From: an uncultured Cognatishimia sp.
GTDB lineage: Bacteria > Pseudomonadota > Alphaproteobacteria > Rhodobacterales > Rhodobacteraceae
DNA: 64,000 nucleotides
Reading direction: 5' to 3'
Assembly: GCA_964021645.1 (NCBI GenBank)
Contig: CAXIAD010000001.1
Coordinates: 866-64,865, forward strand
Positions 29,175 to 38,247 of the stretch are shown piece by piece; position 1 is the stretch's first letter; every line of letters starts with the position of its first letter. Made by a program: the position numbers and the translations under genes. Below the pieces are notes generated by a model, which was given only the letters and a program-made list of their open reading frames with translations, made no database searches and was not told where the DNA came from.

Positions 29175-30107
29175 ATGAGTAGTATTGACGCCCCAACAGG
29201 GCCGCAAAACCTGCTGCGCGGAGTCAGTTTGATACTGATTTCTGTATTCGTGATTTCGGTGCAGGACGTGATCTTCAAACTGTTCAGCACACAATTGACG
29301 TTATGGCAGATATTTGCCGTGCGCGGGATGTTGGCATTGGTGTTGTTATTTGCCTTGGCGACCATGCAAGGCAATCAGCGTAATGTACTGCTGGGTGCGC
29401 TAAATGCATGGGTTTTGGCGCGGTCAATGTTCATGACAATTGCGCTAATGGCGTTCTACGCGGCCCTACCGTTCCTAAGCCTGTCAACGGCGGGGGCGGC
29501 CAATTACATTGCGCCGATTTTTGTCACCGTCTTGTCCGCTTGGGTCATCCTAGAGCCTGTGGGGAGGCTTGGCTGGGTCGGCGTGTGCATCGGGTTTGCC
29601 GGGGCGTTGGTCCTGTTACAGCCGGGGGGCGATGCGTTTTCATTATGGGTGTTGTCGCCCCTGATGGGGGCCGGGTTTTATGCGCTTGCGCATGTGACAA
29701 CCCGCAGCAAATGCCTGACGGTTCCGGTGGCTGCGATGGCATTTTCGCTTAGCCTTGTCATGATGTGTGCGGGGTTGGTCGTGAGTGGGGTTTTGCTGCT
29801 TTGGCAGGCACCTGCGACATTGGCCCTGCCCTACCCCTATATATTCGGGACATGGGCAACGGTGGGTGTGTTTGAATGGGCAGTTCTGGCCATGCTGGCG
29901 GTGTTTTCAGTGGTGATTGCTGCCACCTCTGCCGGAGCCTATCAGGCGGCCCCACCGGCAAAAATCGCCACATTTGAATACTGTTACCTGATCTTTGTCG
30001 TGCTGTGGGATTACCTGTTTTTCGCAACAACCGCTAGTGGCGCGACCCTATTAGGTATGGGGATGATCGTCATCGCGGGCATGATGGTGTTGCGCCGCAG
30101 ATCATAG
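29175..30107 (+). CDS. DMT/EamA family transporter
   Basis: 310 aa with about 10 TM helices. An 8-bp inverted repeat GTTTGAAT-n9-ATTCAAAC (29092-29116) lies upstream. Confidence 0.75.
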   Translation: MSSIDAPTGPQNLLRGVSLILISVFVISVQDVIFKLFSTQLTLWQIFAVRGMLALVLLFALATMQGNQRNVLLGALNAWVLARSMFMTIALMAFYAALPFLSLSTAGAANYIAPIFVTVLSAWVILEPVGRLGWVGVCIGFAGALVLLQPGGDAFSLWVLSPLMGAGFYALAHVTTRSKCLTVPVAAMAFSLSLVMMCAGLVVSGVLLLWQAPATLALPYPYIFGTWATVGVFEWAVLAMLAVFSVVIAATSAGAYQAAPPAKIATFEYCYLIFVVLWDYLFFATTASGATLLGMGMIVIAGMMVLRRRS

Positions 30108-30236
30108 GGCAAAGTTGGCAACCATGGCTGTCATGTATTGGCGTAAATTTTGATTGGGCTTTACTGCGACGTATATCAGGTATTTACAATACCAATTAAA
30201 AAAGCTACCCCTGCGCCAACAGGAAAGGACAGCTCA

Positions 30237-30659
30237 ATGACGCATGCAGAACTGGTACGCCAGCAATTACGGGCCGATGCCGCAAAGATCGGTGTCACCG
30301 AAGATTTCATCAGTGACATGGTTTTTGCATTCTATGCAAAGGTGCGTGGGCACCCGGTTTTGGGCCCCGTCTTTGACTCTGCTATTGGGGAAAATTGGGA
30401 TGCCCATTTGGACACGATGACGCGGTTCTGGTGCTCTGTTGCGCTGAATGCGGGAACCTATGGCGGCAAACCCGTCGCCGTGCATATGGCCAATCCCGCG
30501 ATTCAGCCTCAGCATTTTGGGGTATGGTTGGGGCTATTTCAGGCAACCCTAGACGAAATGGCCCCAACGCCTGCGGCAACGGCCTATATGATGGGGCGCG
30601 CAGAACGTATCGCGGCGAACCTGACACGCGCGGTGCACAACAGAGAGCAGGCCGCGTGA
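30237..30659 (+). CDS. Truncated hemoglobin (group III-like bacterial globin)
   Basis: 140 aa from ATG 30237. '...FISDMVFAFYAKVRGHPVLGPVFD....WDAHLDTMTRFWCSVALNAGTYGGKPVAVH......HFGVWLGLFQATLDE' fits the 2-on-2 globin pattern as I recall it. Confidence 0.65.
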   Translation: MTHAELVRQQLRADAAKIGVTEDFISDMVFAFYAKVRGHPVLGPVFDSAIGENWDAHLDTMTRFWCSVALNAGTYGGKPVAVHMANPAIQPQHFGVWLGLFQATLDEMAPTPAATAYMMGRAERIAANLTRAVHNREQAA

Positions 30660-30781
30660 GGCAGCCATCAAGCCGCCCGCACCTATAAATAATGCGTGCG
30701 TTGAATTTGTTTCGTTAGAGTTGTGCATACTGCTAGCATTGGCCCCAAGCGGGCGGAGTATCTTGGGCCATCGCCCACAAA

Positions 30782-31606
30782 ATGCAGCGCCTTTGGAGTT
30801 GGGAACATACCATGACATCAGTACCCCTTGGCGATCCACAATCTAATCCACAGCCTGATCCAAGACGCAAAGGCCGGGTGATCAATGATGCACCGATGTT
30901 GGTCATTCGGCGGTGGTTAACAGCAGCTGCATGTGATTTTCGCGCCCACCTCGGCCTGTCGCTTGCCTATGGCATGGGGTTGTTTCTGCTGGGATGGATC
31001 GGCATTTCATCGCTTTGGATGCTAAATTTGAGCTGGATGATTTTGCCGAGCCTTGCAGGCGGATTATTAGTCGGGCCGATTGCGACGGTGGGCCTGTACC
31101 GGATCAGTCGCCGCAGGCAAAGTGGGCCCAATACTGGTATTGCCGCAGGTATTGCCGCACCGGGGCAAATTCTGTTGTCTGGTATCATTTTGATGGTGTT
31201 TGCCCTGATGTGGCTGCGGTCGGCCACCTTGGTATTTGCGGTATTCTTTGGCCTGCTGCCCTTTGCGGGGTTCACGGAAACCATGGGCACATTATTGGCA
31301 ACACCCCAAGGCATCGCAACACTAATTGTTGGCAGTATCGTTGGTGGATTGTTTGCGGCACTTGGCTTTGCGGTTTCTGCCTTTTCGATCCCGATGCTGA
31401 TTCACCGCGAGGTAGATTGCTTTTCCGCCATGGCGCTGAGTTTTAACGCTACGACCCATAATTTCAGGCTGATGCTGCATTGGGCGCTGCTTGTTTCTGT
31501 TGCGACCCTGTTGGGGCTGATCACCGGGCTGATCGGGTTGATCGTGATTTTTCCATTGTTGGGCTATGCCACATGGCACGCCTATTTCGACATCTTCGAA
31601 GGATAA
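30782..31606 (+). CDS. DUF2189-like integral membrane protein (cytochrome oxidase-associated family)
   Basis: About 264-274 aa with 5-6 TM helices. It is directly upstream of, and tightly packed with, DUF1971 and ccoN. The family assignment is from recollection. The start is ambiguous (30782 or ATG 30812). Confidence 0.55.
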   Translation: MQRLWSWEHTMTSVPLGDPQSNPQPDPRRKGRVINDAPMLVIRRWLTAAACDFRAHLGLSLAYGMGLFLLGWIGISSLWMLNLSWMILPSLAGGLLVGPIATVGLYRISRRRQSGPNTGIAAGIAAPGQILLSGIILMVFALMWLRSATLVFAVFFGLLPFAGFTETMGTLLATPQGIATLIVGSIVGGLFAALGFAVSAFSIPMLIHREVDCFSAMALSFNATTHNFRLMLHWALLVSVATLLGLITGLIGLIVIFPLLGYATWHAYFDIFEG

Positions 31607-31609
31607 GAC

Positions 31610-31909
31610 ATGGCGCTCTCCCTCCCGGCCAATGTTCAAAGATATGCCCAAACCAAAGAGTTCACGCAGGACACCGTGCCTGCCGCCCTACTGAAAGATC
31701 ACAGCACCAAGCCAGAGGCATGGGGGTTGATCGTCGTTTCCGAAGGGGCGCTGATCTATACACGGATCAACCAACAACCCGAGCGTATCGAGGCCGGGAA
31801 CGCAGGCGTAATCGTACCGCATGAATTACACAAAGTCGCCCCAGACGGGGTGGTCAGATTTCATGTGGAGTTTTACCGCGAAACCACCACAGCCCCCTCA
31901 GGAGCGTGA
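31610..31909 (+). CDS. DUF1971 domain-containing protein (TehB N-terminal-like)
   Basis: 99 aa. 'YAQTKEFTQDTVPAALLKDHSTKPEAWGLIVVSEGALIY' matches the DUF1971 pattern. Its stop overlaps the ccoN start region. Confidence 0.7.
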   Translation: MALSLPANVQRYAQTKEFTQDTVPAALLKDHSTKPEAWGLIVVSEGALIYTRINQQPERIEAGNAGVIVPHELHKVAPDGVVRFHVEFYRETTTAPSGA

Positions 31910-33546
31910 AAATGCCAGCATCCAGTAATCGCACAGCGTTATTTCTTTTTGTTCCGGTTCTTATGATTTTTGTCATGGGCCTTGCGATATTGGGCTGGGG
32001 GCGCCCGGGTGCCTATGTGTTTCATGGTTGGTTGATCGCGATCTCGGCGGGCTGGGGTTTGATCCGGCTGGTGAATGTGATGACCGATCCTGCGCCCAAA
32101 ATTCCGCTGGCCTATAAGGATGACGTGATAAAATGGGGCGTGTTGGCCTGTTTTAGCTGGGGTTTGATCGGGTTTATCGTCGGGGATGTGCTGGCGTGGC
32201 AATTGGCGATTCCGGCATGGAACGGCGATATGTTTTGGTCAAACTTTGGCCGCATCCGTCCGATTCATACCACGGCTGTTGTGTTTGGGTTTGCGGGCAA
32301 CGCGTTGATAGCGACATCGTTTTACGTGGTTCAGCGCACATCGCGCGCCCGCCTTGCGGATGAGATTTCGCCGTGGTTTGTGTTGGGAGGATATAACCTT
32401 TTTGTGCTGTTGGGCGTGACGGGTTACCCGTTTGGCATCACCCAAGCCCGCGAATATGCAGAGCCAGAGTGGTACGCCGATCTGGTATTGCTGTTCACAT
32501 GGGTGACCTATCTGATTCTATATCTGCGCACCTTGGCGCGGCGGGCAGAGCCGCATATCTACGTCGCCAACTGGTACTATCTTGGCTTTATCGTGGTGAT
32601 CGCGATGCTGCATGTGGTCAACAACCTCGCTGTGCCGGCATCCATCGCCTATCCCAAAAGCTATTCTCTGTTTGCAGGTGTGCAGGATGCGATGACCCAG
32701 TGGTGGTATGGACATAATGCCGTTGGATTTCTGCTGACCGCGGGTTTTCTTGGGATGATGTATTATTTCATGCCCAAGGCCGTTGGCCGCCCGATCTATT
32801 CCTATCGCCTGTCAATCATCGGATTCTGGGGGATTACATTTCTGTATCTGTGGGCCGGATCACACCACCTGCATTACACCGCCCTGCCCGATTGGGTGCA
32901 GTACCTAGGCATGAGCATGTCGATCATTCTGTTGGTGCCCAGCTGGGGATCGGTTTTCAACGGTATTCTAACGCTGAACGGCGCGTGGGATAAGGTGCGC
33001 ACAGATCCCGCGGTGCGGTTCATGATGGTTGCGGTGCTGTTTTACGGGCTGACAACATTTGAGGGATCATTCCTAGCGATCCGTCCGGTCAACACCCTAA
33101 GTCATTACACCGACTGGACTATTGGCCATGTGCATGCAGGGGCCTTAGGCTGGGTTGCCTTTATGACCTTTGGCGCGATGTACAAAATGGTGCCATGGAT
33201 TTGGCAACGCAGCGGCACCTATTCCCTGCGGCTTGAGGCATGGCATTTCTGGCTCGCCCTGTCGGGAACGCTGATTTATGTCGGCGCAATGTGGAACAGC
33301 GGCATCACCCAATCGCTGATGTGGCAGACCTATGATGCGGATGGCAATTTTGTCTATGCGTTCATTGATACGGTCGACGCCATGCGCCCCTATTACATCG
33401 CTCGCGCCATCGGTGGGCTGCTGTATCTGATCGGGGCCTGCATCGGTGCCTATAATATCTACATGACAGTCAGGGGGCCGCGTCTTGCGCCCGCAACGGA
33501 TGATCAGCGCCCAGTGGTGTCTACAGGCGGAGGGGCAAGCAAATGA
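31906..33546 (+). CDS. ccoN: Cytochrome-c oxidase, cbb3-type, subunit I
   Basis: About 545 aa and 12+ TM helices. Heme-copper oxidase His ligands are present (e.g. 'WWYGHNAVGF', 'GSHHLHY', 'TIGHVHAGALGW'). The start is either GTG 31906 or ATG 31912. Confidence 0.92.
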   Translation: MKMPASSNRTALFLFVPVLMIFVMGLAILGWGRPGAYVFHGWLIAISAGWGLIRLVNVMTDPAPKIPLAYKDDVIKWGVLACFSWGLIGFIVGDVLAWQLAIPAWNGDMFWSNFGRIRPIHTTAVVFGFAGNALIATSFYVVQRTSRARLADEISPWFVLGGYNLFVLLGVTGYPFGITQAREYAEPEWYADLVLLFTWVTYLILYLRTLARRAEPHIYVANWYYLGFIVVIAMLHVVNNLAVPASIAYPKSYSLFAGVQDAMTQWWYGHNAVGFLLTAGFLGMMYYFMPKAVGRPIYSYRLSIIGFWGITFLYLWAGSHHLHYTALPDWVQYLGMSMSIILLVPSWGSVFNGILTLNGAWDKVRTDPAVRFMMVAVLFYGLTTFEGSFLAIRPVNTLSHYTDWTIGHVHAGALGWVAFMTFGAMYKMVPWIWQRSGTYSLRLEAWHFWLALSGTLIYVGAMWNSGITQSLMWQTYDADGNFVYAFIDTVDAMRPYYIARAIGGLLYLIGACIGAYNIYMTVRGPRLAPATDDQRPVVSTGGGASK

Positions 33547-34274
33547 GCACGAAACACCAAAAGCTTGAACGCAACTCAATGGGGTTTGCCATCGCGATTT
33601 TGTTTGTGGCCTCATTGGGTGGGTTGTTTGAAATTGCACCGCTGTTCACCATCGAAAATACGGTGGAAAAGGTCGAAGGCATGCGCCCCTACACCCCGCT
33701 AGAGCTGGCCGGGCGGGACATTTATGTGCGCGAGGGATGTTACGCCTGTCACAGCCAAATGATCCGCACGCTGAAATCAGATGTGGATCGCTATGGGCAC
33801 TACAGTCTTGCCGCCGAAAGCATGTATGACCACCCCCACCAATGGGGTTCAAAGCGCACCGGGCCGGATTTGGCGCGGATCGGCAATAAATACTCTGACA
33901 ATTGGCATGTGCTGCACCTGTCCAATCCACGCGAATTTGTTGAGGGATCTGTCATGCCAGGATACGCGTTCTTGGCCGATCAGCGGTTGGAAACGGGGCA
34001 TTTACCCGGGGCCTTGGCTGCGCTGCGTCGTACCGGTGTGCCCTATACCGATGCACAGATTGAATCAGCCAGCAAAGATGCGGCCTATCAGGCGGATGTT
34101 GATGCCGACTATGAGGATGATCTGATTGAGCGCTACGGCGACAAGGTACAAATCCGCGATTTTGATGGCCAACCCAATCTGGTTAGCGAAATGGACGCGC
34201 TGGTGGCCTATTTGCAAATGCTGGGCACGCTGGTTGATTTTGAAGCGCTGAAGTCCGAGGAGATCGCCAGATGA
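33543..34274 (+). CDS. ccoO: Cytochrome-c oxidase, cbb3-type, subunit II (monoheme)
   Basis: 243 aa. N-terminal TM helix and heme-c motif CYACHSQ. ATGA overlap with ccoN. Confidence 0.92.
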   Translation: MSTKHQKLERNSMGFAIAILFVASLGGLFEIAPLFTIENTVEKVEGMRPYTPLELAGRDIYVREGCYACHSQMIRTLKSDVDRYGHYSLAAESMYDHPHQWGSKRTGPDLARIGNKYSDNWHVLHLSNPREFVEGSVMPGYAFLADQRLETGHLPGALAALRRTGVPYTDAQIESASKDAAYQADVDADYEDDLIERYGDKVQIRDFDGQPNLVSEMDALVAYLQMLGTLVDFEALKSEEIAR

Positions 34275-34438
34275 GCCATGATGCTGTTCTTGTTTTTTCA
34301 AAAACTTGGGGTGCCGTATATCTGGCGGGGGTGTTCGTTTTGGCCCTGATCTGGACATATTGGCCATCGCGCCGCGCAACCTATGATGCCGCCGCCCAAT
34401 CGCCCCTGACCGATGAGGAGATTCAACGTGACACCTGA
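34271..34438 (+). CDS. ccoQ: Cytochrome-c oxidase, cbb3-type, small subunit CcoQ (55 aa)
   Basis: Not in the ORF track because it is under 60 aa. ATG 34271 overlaps the ccoO stop (ATGA). Translation: MSHDAVLVFSKTWGAVYLAGVFVLALIWTYWPSRRATYDAAAQSPLTDEEIQRDT*. It is a single-TM protein at the canonical position between ccoO and ccoP. Confidence 0.65.
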   Translation: MSHDAVLVFSKTWGAVYLAGVFVLALIWTYWPSRRATYDAAAQSPLTDEEIQRDT

Positions 34439-35303
34439 ACGCGACGAACCCAGCGGTCAACAGACAACGGGCCACGAATGGGATGGTATCAAGGAGCTGA
34501 ACACCCCCGTCCCCAAGGCAATGTCGATCTGGCTGTGGATCAGCATCGCGGTTGCTGTTGCCATGTGGCTGCTGTATCCGACGTGGCCCTTTGTAACCAA
34601 TTATACCAAGGGGTTGCTGGGCTATTCATCCCGTGTTGAGGTCGACAAGCAGACCGCAAAAGGCGCTGAGTTGCGAGCGGGCACCATGGCAGCCTTTGCC
34701 AATGAGGATATCCAAGCGCTGGCAGATGATCCGACATTGCGGGCCAAACATCAGGATGCGATTGGTGTGTTGTTTCGCGATAATTGCGCGGCATGTCACG
34801 GGCGTGATTTGCAGGGCCAACCAGAGTTTCCAAAGCTGACCGATGCGCATTGGCTATGGTCTAGCCTGCCGGAAGAGATCGAATATACCATTCAAAACGG
34901 CATCAATTCCACAGATAACGACGATACCCGCTATGCCGAAATGGCCGCATATGGCCGGGATGAGTTGCTGGAAAAGCGTGAGATTAACAATGTTGTTGAT
35001 TATGTTCTTAGCCTGTCAGCACAGAACCACGACAGCGAAGCCGCCGCAAATGGGGCGCTTGTATTTGAGGATAATTGCGCCAGTTGCCATGCAGATGGAG
35101 GCATTGGCGGGCTGGAAAACGGTGCGCCCAGCCTGACAGATGACGTCTGGATTTATGGCGGATCGCGCGAAAATATTCGTGAAACCCTGCAAAACGGGCG
35201 CGCAGGGGTGATGCCCGCGTGGTCTGCTCGATTGTCCGCAGAGGAAATCAGAATGCTGACGCTTTATGTCCTTTGGGCTGGCGAAGATGACAGACAGAAC
35301 TGA
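34413..35303 (+). CDS. ccoP: Cytochrome-c oxidase, cbb3-type, subunit III (diheme)
   Basis: About 296 aa. 'TTGHEWDGIKELNTPVPK', one TM helix, and two heme-c motifs CAACHG and CASCHA. The start may instead be GTG 34428. Confidence 0.9.
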   Translation: MRRFNVTPERDEPSGQQTTGHEWDGIKELNTPVPKAMSIWLWISIAVAVAMWLLYPTWPFVTNYTKGLLGYSSRVEVDKQTAKGAELRAGTMAAFANEDIQALADDPTLRAKHQDAIGVLFRDNCAACHGRDLQGQPEFPKLTDAHWLWSSLPEEIEYTIQNGINSTDNDDTRYAEMAAYGRDELLEKREINNVVDYVLSLSAQNHDSEAAANGALVFEDNCASCHADGGIGGLENGAPSLTDDVWIYGGSRENIRETLQNGRAGVMPAWSARLSAEEIRMLTLYVLWAGEDDRQN

Positions 35304-35454
35304 AAAAGATCCGCGATTTCGCAACACCATGTATGCGCTGATCGCTGGGCTGGCATTGGCCTATTTCGGCATGAAGGCATGGCATATCAAACTGGCCTTG
35401 GCTGCCTATGAAGGTCAGGTATTGGAACAAGATACCCACGGGGCCGCGAAATGA
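35287..35454 (+). CDS. Small single-pass membrane protein (55 aa) wedged between ccoP and ccoI
   Basis: MTDRTEKDPRFRNTMYALIAGLALAYFGMKAWHIKLALAAYEGQVLEQDTHGAAK*. It overlaps the ccoP end by 17 nt, and its TGA overlaps the ccoI ATG (ATGA at 35451-35454). There is an alternative ATG at 35266. I recognised no family. Confidence 0.4.
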   Translation: MTDRTEKDPRFRNTMYALIAGLALAYFGMKAWHIKLALAAYEGQVLEQDTHGAAK

Positions 35455-37547
35455 CGCAGGGCACGGGTAGCCTAGTTTGCACGCTGGAGGGCGTGAATTG
35501 CGCGGGCTGCATTGCCAAGATTGAGGCCCATCTGGCCCGCCAAGACGGTGTTATCCTAGCGCGCGGAAACGCGACGCTGAAACGTATGCGGCTGGTGTGG
35601 AACCCTGAACAGCAAACCGCCGACGGGCTGATCCGCGCGATCATCAGCCTCGGGTACGGTGCCCATCCGTTTGATCCTGATGCGGGTGTGCACGAGGAAC
35701 CCTCGCTATTGCCCCAACTGGGGGTCGCGGGGTTTGCGACCATGAATATCATGGCCATTTCATTTGCCGTCTGGGCGGGGCTAGCAACCGATATGGGGGC
35801 CGGGAGCGTGCAGTTTTTACACTGGGTTTCAGCGTTTTTGGCAACACCGGTTGTGATTTATTCGGCGGCCGTGTTTTACCGCCCTTCGCTGCGCGCGTTG
35901 GTGTCGGGCCACATGACGATGGACACCCCGATTTCACTGGCGGTCTGGATCACCTACCTTGCCAGCCTGTTTGAAACGATGCGCGGTTCTGATCATGTGT
36001 ATTTTGATGCCGTTGCCGCCCTGGTGTTTTTCCTGCTTATTGGTCGCGTGATGGAGCGGGCGTTAAAACGCCGCTCGGGCGATGCGGCGCAGAACCTGCG
36101 TAATCTGATGCGCCTGACTGCGCGGCGCTGTTTGCAGGATGGTGGGGTTGAGGAAATCCCGGCAGATCACCTAGTTCCGAACGACATCGTCATCGTCGAA
36201 AGTGGCGAGCGCGCACCTGCTGACGGGCTTCTATTATCGGCACATGCGCAGGTCGATGAAAGCGTGATAACGGGTGAAATACTGCCCCGTGACCTGATCA
36301 AAGGTGACGCAATCGCCGCCGGTGCCATCATCTATGCGGGCCCGGTGCAGCTGCGTGTCCTGCATGTGGGTGAGGACGCGCAGGTTGGCCGCATTTCGCA
36401 GATGATAGACGATGCCGCAGCACATAAGGGGGGCTCTCAGCTGCTCGCTGATCGGTTTGCGCGCGGCTATATTCCTATCGTGCTGGGTGGCGGGCTGTTT
36501 GGGTTTGTGCTGTGGTATTTTCTGCTGGGTGCAAGCTTTGCTGATGCGTTGATGATCGCGGTTGCTGTGCTGGTGGTGACGTGCCCATGTGCGGCAGGGC
36601 TTGCGACGCCAGCGGTGTCATCGCGCGCCGTCAACATATTGATGCAAAAAGGTATTGTCGTCAAATCCGGCGATGCATTGGAGCGATTAGGCGAGGTCGA
36701 TCAGGTGATCGCAGACAAGACAGGGACGTTATCCATGCCGCTGCCACAGCTTGAGGCGGCGACATCGCATGCCACACGCCTTCAGGCGGCAAGTTTGGCA
36801 ATCGCAAGCCGCCACCCATTGGCACAAGCGCTGTGCAGCGGGGTGGATGTGCATCCTTTACCCGACCTGACCGAGGTGCCGGGACAAGGCATTCAATCCG
36901 CCACCGGGGCGCGGTTGGGATCGGCAATTTTTGTCGGAGCCACGGCGACACTTGATCCCTCCCCGACGCTATGGTTTCGCAACGTATCCCAAGAGCTATG
37001 CAAATTCACCTTTCAAGAAACCCCGCGCGCGGGTCTGGCGGCGTTTTGCACGGGTTTAGGCGCGATGAATATCCCCGTGACGGTGTTATCTGGTGACACG
37101 CCTGCCTCAGTTGGGGCCTTTGCCGAGCGGGTCGGGCTATTGGATTGGCATGCCGCAGCTACCCCTGAAAACAAATTGGCGCATCTGCAATCGCTTGTGG
37201 AGGCGGGTCACAAACCTCTGATGTTTGGCGATGGGATCAATGACGCCCCCGCCCTACGGGGTGCCTATACCTCTGCCTCATTTGCCAGCGCAACAGAGGT
37301 CGCACAGGTCGCCGCCGATCTGATTTTGACGCGCCCCGCCCCTGAATTGATCCCCGAGGCAATCATGATTGCGCAACAGGCACGGCGGCTCATTTTGCAA
37401 AATCTACGGTTTTCGGCGGTGTATAATATTGTCACCGTACCGCTGGCTCTTGCGGGGCTGTTAAACCCCATTGTTGCCGCGATCCTGATGTCGTCATCCT
37501 CCATCATCGTGCTGGCAAACGGTCTGCGGTTACGAGGTGCGAAATGA
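35451..37547 (+). CDS. ccoI: Copper-translocating P1B-type ATPase for cbb3 oxidase maturation
   Basis: 698 aa. N-terminal HMA with CAGC, a TM CPC motif (VTCPCAAG), the DKTGTLS phosphorylation site and GDGINDAPAL. It sits between the cco structural genes and ccoS. Confidence 0.88.
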   Translation: MTQGTGSLVCTLEGVNCAGCIAKIEAHLARQDGVILARGNATLKRMRLVWNPEQQTADGLIRAIISLGYGAHPFDPDAGVHEEPSLLPQLGVAGFATMNIMAISFAVWAGLATDMGAGSVQFLHWVSAFLATPVVIYSAAVFYRPSLRALVSGHMTMDTPISLAVWITYLASLFETMRGSDHVYFDAVAALVFFLLIGRVMERALKRRSGDAAQNLRNLMRLTARRCLQDGGVEEIPADHLVPNDIVIVESGERAPADGLLLSAHAQVDESVITGEILPRDLIKGDAIAAGAIIYAGPVQLRVLHVGEDAQVGRISQMIDDAAAHKGGSQLLADRFARGYIPIVLGGGLFGFVLWYFLLGASFADALMIAVAVLVVTCPCAAGLATPAVSSRAVNILMQKGIVVKSGDALERLGEVDQVIADKTGTLSMPLPQLEAATSHATRLQAASLAIASRHPLAQALCSGVDVHPLPDLTEVPGQGIQSATGARLGSAIFVGATATLDPSPTLWFRNVSQELCKFTFQETPRAGLAAFCTGLGAMNIPVTVLSGDTPASVGAFAERVGLLDWHAAATPENKLAHLQSLVEAGHKPLMFGDGINDAPALRGAYTSASFASATEVAQVAADLILTRPAPELIPEAIMIAQQARRLILQNLRFSAVYNIVTVPLALAGLLNPIVAAILMSSSSIIVLANGLRLRGAK

Positions 37548-37738
37548 CCGCGATTATCTATCTCATTCCGATCTCTTTGGGGCTGGGCGCGCTGGCATTG
37601 GGGGCATTTTTATGGTCGGTCAGAACACGGCAATACAGCAATATGGAGAGCGATGCCTACCGGATGCTGGATGCCGAGGATGTCCCGTTAAGCGAAGCAC
37701 AAAAGGCGATTTTGCGCGATGATGATCCAAGTTGGTAG
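37544..37738 (+). CDS. ccoS: cbb3-type cytochrome oxidase assembly protein CcoS/FixS
   Basis: 64 aa. 'IIYLIPISLGLGALALGAFLWSVRTRQYSNMESDAYRML' is the CcoS pattern. ATGA overlap with ccoI. Confidence 0.85.
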   Translation: MTAIIYLIPISLGLGALALGAFLWSVRTRQYSNMESDAYRMLDAEDVPLSEAQKAILRDDDPSW

Positions 37739-37790
37739 TCGTTCATAACAAGTACTGTAAATGCGATATTCGCTGTGTTAGGTCCAACGC

Positions 37791-38234
37791 ATGCAACTTT
37801 CGAAATTCACAGACTATGCTTTGCGCACCCTGATGCACCTTGCGGTGGCGGATGGAAATCTGCTGACCACACGCCAGATTGCCGATATCCACGAAGCCAA
37901 ATACAACCACCTTGCCAAGGTCACGCAATGGTTGGTGCGCGAGGGATATGTTTCATCAAATCGGGGGCGCTCTGGCGGGATAAAGCTGGCGATGGCGACG
38001 CCGGATGTGAATGTCGGGGAACTGGTCCGCAAATTGGAAAGTCAGACCGAGTTGGTTGAATGCATGCGCCCTGACGGGGGGCATTGCGCACTGTCGCCGG
38101 CCTGCGGATTATCCACAGCATTGATCGCAGCACAGAATGCATTTTACGCAGCATTGGATCAGGTGACGCTTGCGGATCTTACAAGTAAGAATGCCGCAAT
38201 GCGCCGTTTATTAGAAAGCCTGACACGCAGCTAA
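37791..38234 (+). CDS. nsrR: Rrf2 family transcriptional regulator (NsrR-like, Fe-S cluster binding)
   Basis: 147 aa. N-terminal 'MQLSKFTDYALRTLMHLA' wHTH and three Cys spaced C-x7-C-x5-C (CMRPDGGHCALSPAC). The symbol is tentative. Confidence 0.65.
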   Translation: MQLSKFTDYALRTLMHLAVADGNLLTTRQIADIHEAKYNHLAKVTQWLVREGYVSSNRGRSGGIKLAMATPDVNVGELVRKLESQTELVECMRPDGGHCALSPACGLSTALIAAQNAFYAALDQVTLADLTSKNAAMRRLLESLTRS

Positions 38235-38247
38235 GTCGCCAGGCGAA

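Noticed and set aside
30660-30812. Looked for an FNR/FnrL/FixK box (TTGAT-N4-ATCAA) upstream of the DUF2189-DUF1971-ccoN operon. An ATCAA at about 30667 was examined.
   Set aside because: The partner half-site is absent (GAGGC instead of TTGAT), and no 14-bp match was found by eye. A degenerate site cannot be excluded without a PWM scan.
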